Below are positions 38,665 through 51,256 of a DNA stretch of 64,000 bases, piece by piece. Position numbers and translations under genes: made by a program. The notes beneath the pieces were generated by a model. The model was not told the origin of the DNA, made no database searches, and saw only the letters and a program-made list of their open reading frames with translations. How positions within the stretch are numbered: the first letter of the stretch is position 1; each line of letters starts with the position of its first letter. Origin of the DNA: Octopus sinensis (Eukaryota); assembly GCF_006345805.1 (NCBI RefSeq), contig NC_043010.1:10230001-10294000 (forward strand), written 5' to 3'.

Positions 38665-38779
38665 TGCTTGGCAATGACTCACTCAAGAATTCATTTCTTA
38701 ATCTGCATATACTGTCACCACTACCAATCTTGGTAAGAAGTATACAATTAGTGGCTTCTGTCCCTTCTTCCTGATTCGA
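38665..38779 (-). CDS. Candidate exon (115 nt, phase 0-1): SNQEEGTEATNCILLTKIGSGDSICRLRNEFLSESLPS
   Basis: Acceptor ttttttaaattttactag, donor gtaaga; only one frame is open. Confidence 0.55.
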
Positions 38780-39146
38780 CTAGTAAAATTTAAAAAAGGA
38801 GTTTAAAGGAGAAAGCATGTTTTATTCGCTTTTTTTTTTCTCTCCTTTAAGATGAATATTTCCATTTATTGAAGATCCACAGATTTATTTTTTGATAAGA
38901 AAGGACACATAAATGTATTTGAATCACTGAAACAGAACTGATGATGGTCTTGGAAAAATTTTCAAGATCTTAACAGCTAAAATTCTGTTTGATATGGTAG
39001 GAAAACTGAAAACATCTACAGAATTTGATCATCAAAATTCTGTTTAACCTATTAGTATCATGTACCCTGTTGCATCAAAAGTTAAAACTAAATTGTTAGC
39101 TACTATACAGCACATTCACAAGGCAGATCTTCCTGAAAATAGTCAC

Positions 39147-39199
39147 CTTGTATGTAGATACTAAAATCTTTGTCTCTCTTTTACCTCTTGGTTGATAAA
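39147..39199 (-). CDS. Candidate exon (53 nt, phase 1-0): YQPRGKRETKILVSTYK
   Basis: Very strong acceptor ccttttcttcttttttccatcatag, donor gtgact; phase-compatible with both neighbours. Confidence 0.5.
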
Positions 39200-39403
39200 C
39201 TATGATGGAAAAAAGAAGAAAAGGTAAGAATCACACATTCCTTGAATTGTAGTTTGTTGTTTAGTGAAACTGTATACTCCTTTGGTAAAAAGTGGTTGAG
39301 AGTCCACAGTTCTAGTCAGCGTTTTGTGGAGCTATCAGTGATAGTAGGTCAGAAGTTAGTGTGTTACTGTTCCTCTATGGAAAGATACAACGGTATCCAA
39401 TGA

Positions 39404-40010
39404 AAGCGGTGAGCTGGCAGAAACGTTAGCGCACCGAGCAAAATGCTTAGCTGTATTTCATCTGCCATTACATTCTGAGTTCAAATTCCGCCAAGGTCGA
39501 CTTTGCCTTTCATCCTTTCGGGGTCGATAAATTAAGTACCAGTTACGCACTGGGATCGATGTAATCGACTTAATCCCTTTGTCTGTCCTTGTTTGTCCCC
39601 TCTGTGTTTAGCCCCTTGTGGGTAGTAAAGAAATAGGTATTTCGTCTGCCATTACGTTCTGAGTTCAAATTCTGCCGAGGTCGACTTTGCCTTTCATCCT
39701 TTCGGGGGTCGATAAATTAAGTACCAGTTACGCACTGGGGTTGATGTAATCGACTTAATCCCTTTGTCTGTCCTTGTTTGTCCCCTCTGTGTTTAGCCCC
39801 TTGTGGGTAGTAAAGAAATAGGTATTTCATCTGCCGTTACGTTCTGAGTTCAAATTCCGCCAAGGTCGACTTTGCCTTTCATCCTTTCGGGGTCAATAAA
39901 TTAAGTACCAGTTACGCACTGGGGTCGATGTAATCGACTTATTCCGTTTGTCTGTCCTTGTTTGTCCCTTCTATGTTTAGCCCCTTGTGGGTAATAAAGA
40001 AATAGAAATA
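39404..40010 (+). mobile_element. SINE family B trimer with 12-bp TSD
   Basis: One head, then units starting at 39453, 39637 and 39822 (184-185 bp). TSD GGTATCCAATGA at 39392-39403 and 40011-40022. Confidence 0.9.
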
Positions 40011-40239
40011 GGTATCCAATGACTAGTAACTATTGTGGCTACTAGTGTAAAACAACAACTACAGTACAACGACAGTCACACACCACACTAGTGAGAGGAA
40101 CCCATTTTATGACATAGTTATTTTCCATCTAAAAGACATGTTCCACGTCATAAAATATGTAATAAATATATCCTGGATTATATCTTGCTGAAGATTTCTA
40201 AACAGGATTAAATGATGTTACACATGATTATCATTGATT

Positions 40240-40640
40240 CTTTTACTTGTTTCAGTCCTTTGACTGTGGCCATGCTGGAGCACCACCTTTAATCGAGCAA
40301 CTCGACCCCGGGACTTATTCTTTTTCTTTGTAAGCCCAGTACTTATTCTATCAGTCTCTTTTGCCGAACCGCTAAGTGACGGGGACGTAAACACACCAGC
40401 ATCGGTTGTCAAGCAATGCTAAGGGGACAAACACAGTCACACAAACACACACGCGCATATATATATATATATATACGACGGGCTTCTTTCAGTTTCCGTC
40501 TACCAAATCCACTCACAAGGCTTTGGTCGGCCCGAGGCTATAGTAGAAGACACTTGCCCAAGGTGCCATGCAGTGGGATTGAACCCGAAACTATGTGGTT
40601 GGTAAACAAGCTACTTACCACACAGCCACTCCTGTGCCTA
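40240..40640 (-). mobile_element. Young SINE family A copy
   Basis: Family A architecture. Confidence 0.85.
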
Positions 40641-40699
40641 TTATAAATTTATAGTAAGTAAACAAGGAAAAAGAATTGAATTGAATGTGTGTATTCTAT

Positions 40700-41115
40700 G
40701 CACAGTCATGGCTTAGTGACTAGAAGTTTGTTTCCCGATCACATAACACATTGGTCTTCAGCTATAGCCTAGGACCAACCAAAGCTTTGTGAGTGGATTT
40801 GGTAGACAGAGACTAAAAGAAGTCTGTCATGTATGTGTGTGTGTGTGTGTGCATGTGTGTTCAAGTGTGTATATTTGTGTGTGCTTGTGTGCGTGTGGGT
40901 CTTTCTGTTTGTTTCCCTCCCCACTATACGACAACTGGTGTTGGCATGTTTATGTTCATATAACTCAGAGGTTCAGCGAAAGGAACCAATAGAATAAGGA
41001 CCAGGCTTAAAAAGAAAAAGTATGGGGATTGATTCATTTGACAGAAATTCTTGAAAGTAGTGCTCCAGCATGGCCACAGTCTAATATCTGAAACAAGTAA
41101 GAGGTAAAAGGTAAA
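40700..41115 (+). mobile_element. Diverged SINE family A copy
   Basis: Family A architecture, diverged. Confidence 0.65.
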
Positions 41116-41713
41116 AGAGATATAGCTTCTTCCTTGTCCCTTAATTTCAAATCCAGTCTTCTAATCCTGCCATTTATGAAGAAATGATTATCTTCCTTGT
41201 ATTAACTGTCTGCTTGGGGACACCAAATTTTTACGCAGAAAAAAAAACCTATTTGATACAATAAAATACCAGTAGGCATTTAAATATTAAGAAATTCATT
41301 GTGATAAGCCAAATAGAACAACTTGTTAATGGCATTGCTTAGCTACAGCCATCTATCATTAAAGGCATTCCAGCCATAAGCATACCATTTTAGGAGTATG
41401 TAGGATATCTGATATCTTCTGCCCTTTTATATATCATTATATTGTATAGTTTGAGGGAAATTTAGTGGTTAGTTCTAGCATGTTAAGTGACAAAGCAGAG
41501 GCTCACTTGTGGTATTTTTCCAAGGTAAGCAGTTTTTCTTGAACTAGTTTTAAAACCCCCACGAACCCAATTAACTGTCTTTGCAAATAACAAAGTGTTT
41601 GGAAAATCATGAACGCCTCATAAATTCCAATTATCTATAAATGTGAGACCTTGTGCCAATATAAGAAATCAATATTCCTATAAATTGTTCAATAAAACTT
41701 CCATATGTCTTAC

Positions 41714-41818
41714 AGAAACAGTTGTAGAAATGATTTATTACTTTTTCGTATTTCTTATTATAAATAAATACAAATAGTAATTGCTTGCCAGGGAGGGACT
41801 TCGAAGAATTCCATGAAC
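41714..41818 (-). CDS. Candidate exon (105 nt, phase 1-1): SWNSSKSLPGKQLLFVFIYNKKYEKVINHFYNCF
   Basis: Acceptor tttttgattgaaaacaag (moderate), donor gtaaga, open frame; phase-compatible with 39147-39199. Confidence 0.45.
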
Positions 41819-42790
41819 CTTGTTTTCAATCAAAAATGCTCCAAGGATAATAATTTTAGCAAAACAACATCCATAAAAAAATATATGTAAATATGAAAGA
41901 TGAATAAATAAGCAAATACTACTCGAATATTTTTGAAAATTTGATAACAAGGTTGGACTTTAATGAAATAACTTTTATCAAAAGAACGGAGAAATTTTAT
42001 AAAAAGGCTGATTTTAATTGATCAGAAGATAAATCAATCTTTAGCCAATATCAAATCATGGAAAGCATGATGGAGAGATAGAATGGCTTCTCCTGGAAAT
42101 GATTTGTAAAATGTTTTATTCATATTTGAATCTAAAATTCAATTATGCAATTTGAATTCTAAGATAAAATTCATTCCATGCATAATTTTTCTTAACCTTG
42201 ATGAATAAATGTTAAACTGAGAAAATATTGTACAAAAGTCTAGAATTTTTCCCTCTCTCTTTCTTTCTCTTTCTTTACTCTTTCTGTCCACCCCACCCCC
42301 TCCCACCACCACTTTTCTTTTTTTTTTTTGGGTTTCTCATTCAGTATCTTCAACCTTTCTCATCTTTCCTATTTTTACTGAAGCGGTTTCTGTAAATTTA
42401 TGAAATGATATTAATCAGGTTTATATCCACAGTTCAAGAAGGAAATAATATTTAATAACAAATTACAATTTCATTTGAAGTATTTCAGAACATGTGAATG
42501 CTCTTTATACACTTTTTCTTTTCTTCTTCTCTCTTCTAGCAATTTATAGAAAGAGACTTTTTTTTCACTCATAATTAACACAAAGATTATGAATTTCAAA
42601 AATGTGATACTAATTCCTTTAGTCAGTCCTTGTATATGAGTAAAGCAGACTTAGAAGTTTTGCCATGGAATTTCACTAAAATTATTTATTCTGAAGTTGG
42701 CAGATTTAGTTTAATATTGGTTTGGTTATTTATATACATTTGTTTTTGTCTTGCTAAAATGTTGGTTTGATTAAATACTTTATACTACCA

Positions 42791-43292
42791 CTAGCAGTAT
42801 CGCCCGGCGTTGCTCGGGTTTGTAAGGGAAATAACTACATAAGCATTTTTAGAGAGTTATAGCCAAAAAATAGCAAAAAATGCATCAAAAATGGAAAAAA
42901 AATGATGGTAAATTTTTTTTTAAATCGTTGACTCATCGTAGACATTTTTAGAGAGTTACTTCCCTTATATAATAGCGAAAAAAATGCATTAAAATGGAAA
43001 AAAATGATGGTAATTTTTTTTTAAATCGTTGACTCATCGTAGACATTTTTAGAGAGTTACTTCCCTTACATAATAGCGAAAAAAATGCATTAAAATGGAA
43101 AAAAATGATGGTAAATTTTTTTTTAAATCCTAGACTCATCGTAGACGCGCACTAATACCCAGAAGGGCTCGATATGAATCACGACTATAAGATACCCGGT
43201 TTTGGTTAAACTGCACCGCAAAATGTGGGAGTAGTTAGGAATCTAAATCGTAGGAGACAGACAGCACACAACCTTACTTTTATATATAAAGA
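42791..43292 (-). mobile_element. Non-autonomous Helitron with internal 101-bp tandem repeat (about 3 units)
   Basis: Minus strand A|TC start, CCCGAGCAACGCCGGG hairpin and CTAG|T end. Tandem units at about 42845-43146. Confidence 0.8.
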
Positions 43293-43878
43293 TATCTATA
43301 CTTACTTCATTTATTCTATTTATTATAGACAGTTCTTATTACATTCATTGAAATTATTTAAACTCATATAATATAGTTTATTCATCACAGGTGCAAATAG
43401 AATATCAATGTGATGGTTCTTGATAAATCCAGATTCTGGTTCCGTGCCTTTGACAGAATGTGATTTTTAAAACATTATTTCCTAATTCATATGACATAGA
43501 AAGAAACTTTCCGAAGTTGTAAAGTTTATTTTATCACAAATGCTAATAGATTGTCAATAATAAATATTTCGTAAGGAGCTAGTTCTAAAATCTCTAAATG
43601 AGATATGAGTAGTAACAATACTAGATGGTAATGCTTTTTTGCCACTATAACGTAGATGTTCCATAAAGAACTATGTCACTACATTTTAACCCTAGGAAAA
43701 CATCTTTTCCAGCTGATAAGCGACACACAATCTGTGTCTGATATATTGTGAGTAAGGGAGCAAATCACTCCTCTCCAGCTTAGCAAGGCCAGTAGACTAT
43801 GGTTTCCGGGTCTTTACCGTTCATCAGCAATGACAAATAAATGTTTCAATTTTTACCTACAGATTATATATTCTAGAT

Positions 43879-44097
43879 CAGAGGTTTTCAACCAGGGTTC
43901 TGCGGAACCTTAGGGTTCCGCCAGTACAGTCCAGGGGTTCCACAAGAAGTTACAAAACTGCTAAAATCGGCAGTAATTTTTAATTCTCCTGTGCAGATAT
44001 GTGTGCATAAGACTATTAAATTATTGCTCAGGGGTTCCTCGAGCCAGTGGAATGTTTCCTTGGGGTTCCGCTTCAGCAAAAAGTTCGAAAAGCACTG
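43879..44097. mobile_element. hAT (Charlie-like) MITE
   Basis: CAG...CTG ends, perfect 8-bp TSD TTCTAGAT (43871-43878 and 44098-44105). Confidence 0.9.
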
Positions 44098-44832
44098 TTC
44101 TAGATGATGTTAAGAAAATATACTTAATCTGTTTTCTCTTCAAAAGACAGCGGATTTCTTTCTATTGCAAATCATCATGTATTTTGAAAATGCTTTACTT
44201 TAAGTAATGACTGCAATGAAAGCGAGCAGTTGAGGAGTATCTATTCAACATCCACTATTCAGATGTTTGTATGAATGGAGAGATAGACAATGCATACAGT
44301 TTATCACAACACGAGCTAACTCTTGACATTTACATCTCTGTTGTTTTGCCATTGAGTAGTTCTAGTTTGCTCAGCCTGGGTAAAACCAATAACATGGTGA
44401 CTTTTGCCCAAATGTTTGGTGTCATTTGCAAGTAAATTTACGACATCTTAATCTTATAGTGTTTTGATATTCCATAAGAGCATACCAAATGTGATAAGTA
44501 AACATGTCTTGTAGTTTGACTATGTTCTGATGAGTCAGTTGTTTTGGTCTAATGTAAACTTAAGCATTGCGTGAAAGTATCACCAATTCAACTTATTCTG
44601 AAAACTTATTGCTCTGCTGAAAGAAAACTTTTGTTGAATCTATAAGTGAAGATACTGTCATGAGAACAATGTTTTATTACTCAATATATTTCAAGACCAG
44701 AATGTGAATAAAATAAACGTAAGTCTTCAGGTCAGTTTTCAAATCTAATTCTTCAATTCCAAGCTCACTCTTGAAATACTCTGATTTACAATTAAGTGGT
44801 GTAAAACATATGACTAGAGGTTATTCATTTAA

Positions 44833-45314
44833 CCCTTTAGCATTCAGTTTTGTTTGTCAAATGTATTGCTTATTTATTTACATTGTTTTGAATTAATCAC
44901 ACATTATTTTGTAGCTTCTGTGGGATGACGTAAGCAGCTGGGTGCATTGACCGGAAGTTGGGGCAACCGGAAGGGGCAGCCGCGAGGTGCTCGCAGGGAG
45001 CGGCGATTTCGGCCTTTCGAACGAGGGTCGTCGAGGTGTTAAGACGTGTGAAGACGTTGCTAAGGTTGGGTGAAGCAGCTGCTATCTTTAGCGTTCGGGT
45101 CGGGGCTGTGACGAAGGATCCGTTACCACTGAAGGGTCTCTATCAGAGCGAAGAGAAGGTAGGTGCCTTTATATTCGAATCTTGCACACACCACAGCTTC
45201 AAGATTTCAATGGTGTGATTGTATATTTTCAGAATTGTATTTTAGGGCAGGTTTGAGAGTTTAGATCATGTGGAATATTTGGGGCTGAATATGGTCAGAT
45301 TAAATGCAAAAGGG
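44833..45314. mobile_element. piggyBac-type MITE hosting a solo LTR
   Basis: TTAA|CCCTTT...AAAGGG|TTAA. Confidence 0.8.
44919..45195. mobile_element. Solo LTR (277 bp), CpG-rich
   Basis: TGTGG...CCACA termini and 5-bp TSD GCTTC (44914-44918 and 45196-45200). Confidence 0.8.
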
Positions 45315-45361
45315 TTAAAATAAATTAGTCAGTTGTGTTCATGAGAAACTTATCGTCTAAA

Positions 45362-45748
45362 TACTCTCTTTACTCTTTTACTCTTTTACTTGTTTCAGTC
45401 ATTTGACTGCGGCCATGCTGGAGCACCGCCTTTAATCGAGCAACTCGACCCCGGGACTTATTCTTTTGTAAGCCCAGTACTTATTCTATCGGTCTCTTTT
45501 GCTGAACCGCTAAGTAACGGGGACATAAACACACCAGCATCGGTTGTCAAGCAATGCTAGGGGGACAAACACAGACACACAAGCACACACACATACACAC
45601 ATATAAATATATATATACACTCACAAGGCATTGGTCAGCCCGGAGCTATTGTAGAAGACACTTGCCCAAGATGCCACGCAGTGGGACTGAACCCGGAACC
45701 ATGTGGTTGGTTAGCAAGCTACTTACCACACAGCCACTCCTGCGCCTA
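45362..45748 (-). mobile_element. Young SINE family A copy with internal deletion
   Basis: Family A architecture lacking the segment next to the microsatellite. Confidence 0.8.
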
Positions 45749-46779
45749 TAATTATCGTCTAAATATTATCTTTTTTTTCAAAATTATTAGTGATGTCATC
45801 AAAAAATATATTTTAACATTTCTAAAGTGGATGGATATTTAATTTAAGTTGATGGAAAGGGTGACAACTATAAAATTTTAGTTGAACAAGCAACAAAAGA
45901 AAGAAAATGAAAGAAAGCAAAATATTTCTGATTATTTATATACAAGAAGAATGAATTTCAAAACTGAACAACAGATTCTGTAATATTGGTATCAAACCAA
46001 AGACGAAGTCACATGGAGTTTTGAATGACAAATCACAGTGCAACCAACTTAAATAGCTGTATTCCACTCTGATGGAGGATAGAGGAATGATCTAATTGGA
46101 GAATAATTTAAACTTCAATTCAAAATTTCATGACGATGTACACATCCAGCTTGCAACACAGGAACATAACAATTATGTTGTAAAGTCAAGTTATTCACAA
46201 GTTATTCAAAGTCAGAATTCTTTGTTAAAAACTAAAATGAGAAAAATGATGTATATGAAATGTACATTGTTTTTGTTTTTTGTTGATATATATATATATA
46301 TTTTTTTTTGGTTCTTCTTCTCCTTTCTTCATTATCCCCATCGTTAACATCTCCAAAATCGTCATCTTTACAAACATTATATGTATGCAAGTTTATGTAT
46401 GTATACAATTTATGCATGTGTGTATGTGTAGATGTCTGTATATATGTATGTATGTGTATGTATGTAAGTATGTATGGATGGATGTATGGATGTATGGATG
46501 TAAGGATGTATCAGTTTATGAAAGATAAATGATAGAATTTTCTGGTGCTACTGCATATTTTTGGTGTTGCAGTTTCAATGATAAATGTATCAATTATGAA
46601 ATGCCTACTGTCCCAGAGTGTGTATATATATACATATATACATACATACATATATACATACATATATATATATATATATATGCTTTGTGAGACTTTTAGT
46701 TTCCCAGTAGAGATGACATATAGATCAGCTGCTTTGACAATATTTTCATCTTTTACCAGAAGAAATGTTTTCATTGTAT

Positions 46780-46823
<44 letters not shown>

Positions 46824-47105
46824 CATCATCAATAAAGTCAGGAAAATTGTTCCGTGATATGCAATATTTTAGGTTTCTCTTTCATTTTTATTTCCGGAGT
46901 CCATTACATGTTATGGGAAGCATAGATTTGTATTTCTGAGCTGCTTCTGGTCGTGAGAGACAAACATGTTGCTGGCTGAAAAATAGCAAAAAAAATAAAT
47001 GTGAGTTGAATTATTTTGTAAGGGAAAATCGTATTACAAATCTATAACAGACATGAAAGATCATTCAGAAACTGTATAAAAATGTTTGACTAGCATTCTG
47101 TTGGT

Positions 47106-47107
47106 TA

Positions 47108-47175
<68 letters not shown>

Positions 47176-47475
47176 GTGAGTGCATGTGTGTGTGAGTGTA
47201 TATGTATGTGTGTGTGTGTGAGTGCGTGTGTGTGTGGCTGAGTGTGTGCATGAGTGTGTGTGTGAGTGTGTGTGCGTGTGTGTGTGAGTGCATGTGTGTG
47301 TGAGTATGTGTGTGAGGGCGTGTGTGTGTGAGTGTGTGTGAGTGTGTGTGTGTGTGAGTGCGTGTGTGTGTGTGAGTGCGTGTGTGTGAGTGTGTGTGTG
47401 TGTGAGTGTGTGTGTGAGTGTGTGTGTGTGAGTGTGAGTGAGTGTGTAAGTGTGTGAGTGTGTGTGTGTGTGTCA
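47106..47475. repeat. Long (TG)n with interspersed TGAG
   Basis: Direct reading. Confidence 0.95.
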
Positions 47476-48644
47476 GTCAATCTGTCTGTCTAGCTGTCTT
47501 TCTATCTGTCTATTTATCCATCACTCTCTCTCCCCTTCTCTCTCTCAATACACAAACACACACACATACTTATGCATACATATATACATACCTACATACA
47601 CAAACACACATGCAAACACAGACACAGACACAGGCACACACACACACTCACACATACACACACTCAAATATATATGATTTTTTCCGATGCATAAGCTGTG
47701 TAGTTTATAAAACTGCATGAGAGAAAGGTTTATTATAAAGTAAGTATATAGGTTTAGGATGGTGAGAATAATAGCAGAGGATGGTAGAGTTGATAAAATT
47801 ATATAAGAAAAATAATATAGACCCAAACATACAGGTAGAAACGATGTTATATCCAATATATTTACTGTGTAAAGTGTAAAAAAACATGAAGAGGATGGGT
47901 TGTATTGAACATGGTTTGTTGATAGGGTGGGTAAAAGAGCATTTAATATAGAGATGGATTTGAAATGAATTCTTCTAATACTTATACAAAACAGAAAGGC
48001 AGAGAAAAGGGAAGAATGAGAAATGAGTGTATATGTGAATCAGGGAAGCATGGTCTCTTTGTCAAGCCTAGAAGAGCCTGGAAAAATGTTTATTGTTAGG
48101 CAAAATTATAATTCTGGAATTGATTTAACAGAATGATGGTGGGGTCGATAGAATTAAAGCCAAATATAAATAACTTAAAATACCAATATCCAGGTAGAGA
48201 GGATGTTATATTTGGCATATTGATTTCAAATTTTAGCACAAGGTCAGTAATTCGATTACATTGACCCCAGGATGAAAGGCAAAGTAAATATCGGTGCTAT
48301 TTGAACTCAGAACATAATGCTGGTAGAAATGCCGCTAAGCATTTTGTCCAGTATGGTAATGATACTGCAAGCTCACCTCCACTGTTACATTTAATATCTT
48401 GATTTCCAATTTTGGCAGAAGGCCAACAATTTGGGGGTCGGGGTAAGTCGATTTCACTGACCCCAGTACGTCAAAATGATGTAAAGTAAAGTCAACCTTA
48501 GTGGAATTTAAACTCAGAATGTATAGACAGACTAAATGTCACTAATCATTTTGCACACCCACACACAGATATATACATCTCTCTCTCTCTCTCTCTCTTG
48601 CTCTCTCTGTATGTGTATGTATGTATGTATCTATATATATATAT

Positions 48645-49010
48645 ATATAGATACTCGTTCGGCTTAACAGCCCTTCTTGTCTTGTTATTCTTCTTGTCCT
48701 GTCTTATACTGTTTATATTTTGTACTGTCGTCACTGTCCTGTTTTTGTTACCATTCTTACCCCTCCGCAAAAAGATCTCAAATTTTATTTAATTTGATTT
48801 TCGCGGGAAGGAAAGTATCTATCGAAGATGCGTATCGCCTTCACCTTCGAAACGTAGAGTAGATGAAACCATGGCGACTGAAGAAGAGGAATTTTCTTTG
48901 TGTTATTTGTCCTGTACTATATTTTTTCGTTGTTTAAGAAAAATGTCCAGTTCCTTGGTTTTGTGTTTATGTTTTCGTTTCTCATTGTGTTCGACGTTTT
49001 TTTTTTGGGG
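48645..49010 (+). mobile_element. Probable PLE pLTR-like interspersed repeat between (TA)n tracts
   Basis: Contains TTCGAAACGTAGAG and GACTGAAGAAGAGG; architecture like 3205-3424, but the ribozyme core is not intact. Confidence 0.3.
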
Positions 49011-49109
49011 GGGGGGTCCTGTACCCATATATGCATGTATATATACATGTAGAGGTAGGTACGTACATATATGTATGTATATATGCATATGTTTTATTTA
49101 TTAATTTAT

Positions 49110-49141
<32 letters not shown>

Positions 49142-49276
49142 ATGAATATATGTATGAATATATGTATGTATATATATATGTGTATGTATATATGTATGTA
49201 TGTATGTATATATGTATGCATGTATGTATGCATGCATGTATGTATGTATATAGGTGTGTGTGTGTGTTTATATATA

Positions 49277-49329
<53 letters not shown>

Positions 49330-49334
<5 letters not shown>

Positions 49335-49920
49335 ACGTGACAGACTTCTTTGTTTCCAACTACCAAATCAACTCACAAGGCTTTGGTTGACTTGGAGCTA
49401 GCCATAGTAGAAGACATTCACCCAAGGTACTGCCACACAATGGGTCTGAACCCAGAACAATGTGGTTGAAAGCAAACTTCTAACCACACAGCCACGACAT
49501 ATAATTTTCACTCCTAGGTGCAGGAGTGGCTGTGTGGTAAGTAGCTTGCTAACCAACCACATGGTTCCGGGTTCAGTCCCACAGCGTGGCACCTTGGGCA
49601 AGTGTCTTCTGCTATAGCCCTGGGCCGACCAATGCCTTGTGAGTGGATTCAGGAAACTGAAAGAAGCCTGTCGTATATATGTATATATATATTTATATGT
49701 GTGTATGTGTGTGTGCTTGTGTGTCTGTGTTTGTCCCCCTAGCATTGCTTGACAACCGATGCTGGTGTGTTTACGTCCCCGTCACTTAGCGGTTCGGCAA
49801 AAGAGACTGATAGAATAAGTACTGGGCTTACAAAAAGAATAAGTCCCGGGGTCGACTTGTTCAACTAAAGGTGGTGCTCCAGCATGGCCGCAGTCAAATG
49901 ACTGAAACAAGTAAAAGAGT
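49330..49920. mobile_element. Head-to-head pair of family A SINEs (partial minus 49330-49497, full plus 49516-49920)
   Basis: Two heads about 20 bp apart in opposite orientation. Confidence 0.75.
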
Positions 49921-50457
49921 ATTGGTATTGTAGTGGTTATATGTTTTGGCATGTCACCTTATGCTACATGAGTCTGTAGAATTTTTCTTCCTGATGTTGT
50001 TTCAGGATTTGATCAGATTTTGCAGTAAACCTTCATAATGTCTCCTTTTATTTGTCTCTGCTTTGGCACCAGTCAGCTGCAGCTATTTCTTCATCCTGTT
50101 ATCCAAATCTATTCATCAGTTTTAAATCTCATATCCTCCTCACATACTAAATTCCCTCTTCTTCATCTATTACTTTAAATGCTTTTTATTCTAAGAACTT
50201 AAGGTAATCTATGGATTCCTATTGTATTTCTATGTTTCATATGATCCTATTCTGTAGCAAAGATGTAAACAATGAAAAAGCAAGAATATAATATTCTCAT
50301 TCTTTCACATAACAAAATATCATATAATGCATTCAAGAATATCCCTCAAAGCATTTTTCGAACAAGCTCAGGACCACAGTATCTCTTCAGAATATATATA
50401 ACAAGATATTGTATAACACTTCCAGAACGCAAAAAAGAATATTCACAATATATATAT

Positions 50458-50870
50458 GCTCTTTACTCTTTACTTGTTTCAGCCATTTGACTGCGGCCAT
50501 GCTGGAGCACTGCTTTTAGTCAAATCAAATCGACTCCAGGACTTATTCTTTGTAAGCCTAGTACTTATTCTATCGGTCCCTTTTGCCAAACCGCTAAGTT
50601 ACGGAGACCTAAACACACCAGCATTGGTTGTCAATCGATGGTGGGGGGGGGGGACAAACACTGATAAACAACACAACACACACATACATATATATACAAT
50701 GGGCTTCTTTCAGTTTCCATCTACCAAATCCACTCACAAGGTTTTGGTTGACCCAAGGCTATAGTAGAAGACACTTGTCCAAGGTGCCATGCAGTGGGAC
50801 TGAATCCAGAACTATGTGGTTGGTAAGCAAGCTACTTACCACACAGCCACTCCTGCGCCTATATGTTACC
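50458..50870 (-). mobile_element. SINE family A copy
   Basis: Family A architecture. Confidence 0.8.
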
Positions 50871-50934
50871 AAATATTTTTTTCAACTACTTCATTTTATA
50901 CATTATATTAATCATTCATATTCTCCCATAGCTT

Positions 50935-51226
50935 CTAACACTGGAGATGTACTACAGTGTCAGCTGTTCACTACCAGTGAACTAAGGTAACACCTCTTAT
51001 TTTTCGAGTACCTTCTGGAGTATTTGAGTGGTTCCAAGCAGTGCTGTTTTCTGCAAGTGCTCCACCCTTATTGCAGCCCCTATTTGTTCCACGTACTTCT
51101 CGAGATTTTTTTGCTCACTGTTCCAGGGCTCTGACAATTATTGGTACCACTACTACCTTTTTCTTCGACCACAACTGCTTAACTTCCCAAGCTAACATGT
51201 CATATCTCTCAACTTTTCTTTCTTCC
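50935..51226 (-). mobile_element. RLE-LINE (R4/Dong-like) 3' fragment A
   Basis: DKEERKVERYDMLAWEVKQLWSKKKVVVVPIIVRAL...LQKTALLGTTQILQKVLE plus 3' UTR. Confidence 0.75.
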
Positions 51227-51256
51227 TTATCTGATTATCATTATTATTATTATTAT

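Noticed and set aside
39404-40010. Tandem units or the 62-66 bp repeats at 61951 as a CRISPR-like array
   Set aside because: No unique spacers, eukaryotic context, and units are SINE or minisatellite sequence.
41450-44431. Plus-strand exon candidates (41450-41524 FEGNLVVSSSMLSDKAEAHLWYFSK, 43712-43746, 44366-44431; also about 11531, 26281 and 27709)
   Set aside because: Splice-like signals exist, but the chain is shorter and less constrained than the minus-strand chain, and such hits are common by chance in AT-rich DNA. An antisense gene is not excluded.
44486-44548. Minus-strand peptide KQLTHQNIVKLQDMF resembling kinase subdomain IV
   Set aside because: No other kinase motif was found, the reading frame is ambiguous, and I could not link it in phase to the exon chain.
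48815-48900. Possible third hammerhead (TCGAAGA...TTCGAAACGTA; CTGAAGA)
   Set aside because: Core and stems cannot be assembled without assuming several deletions.
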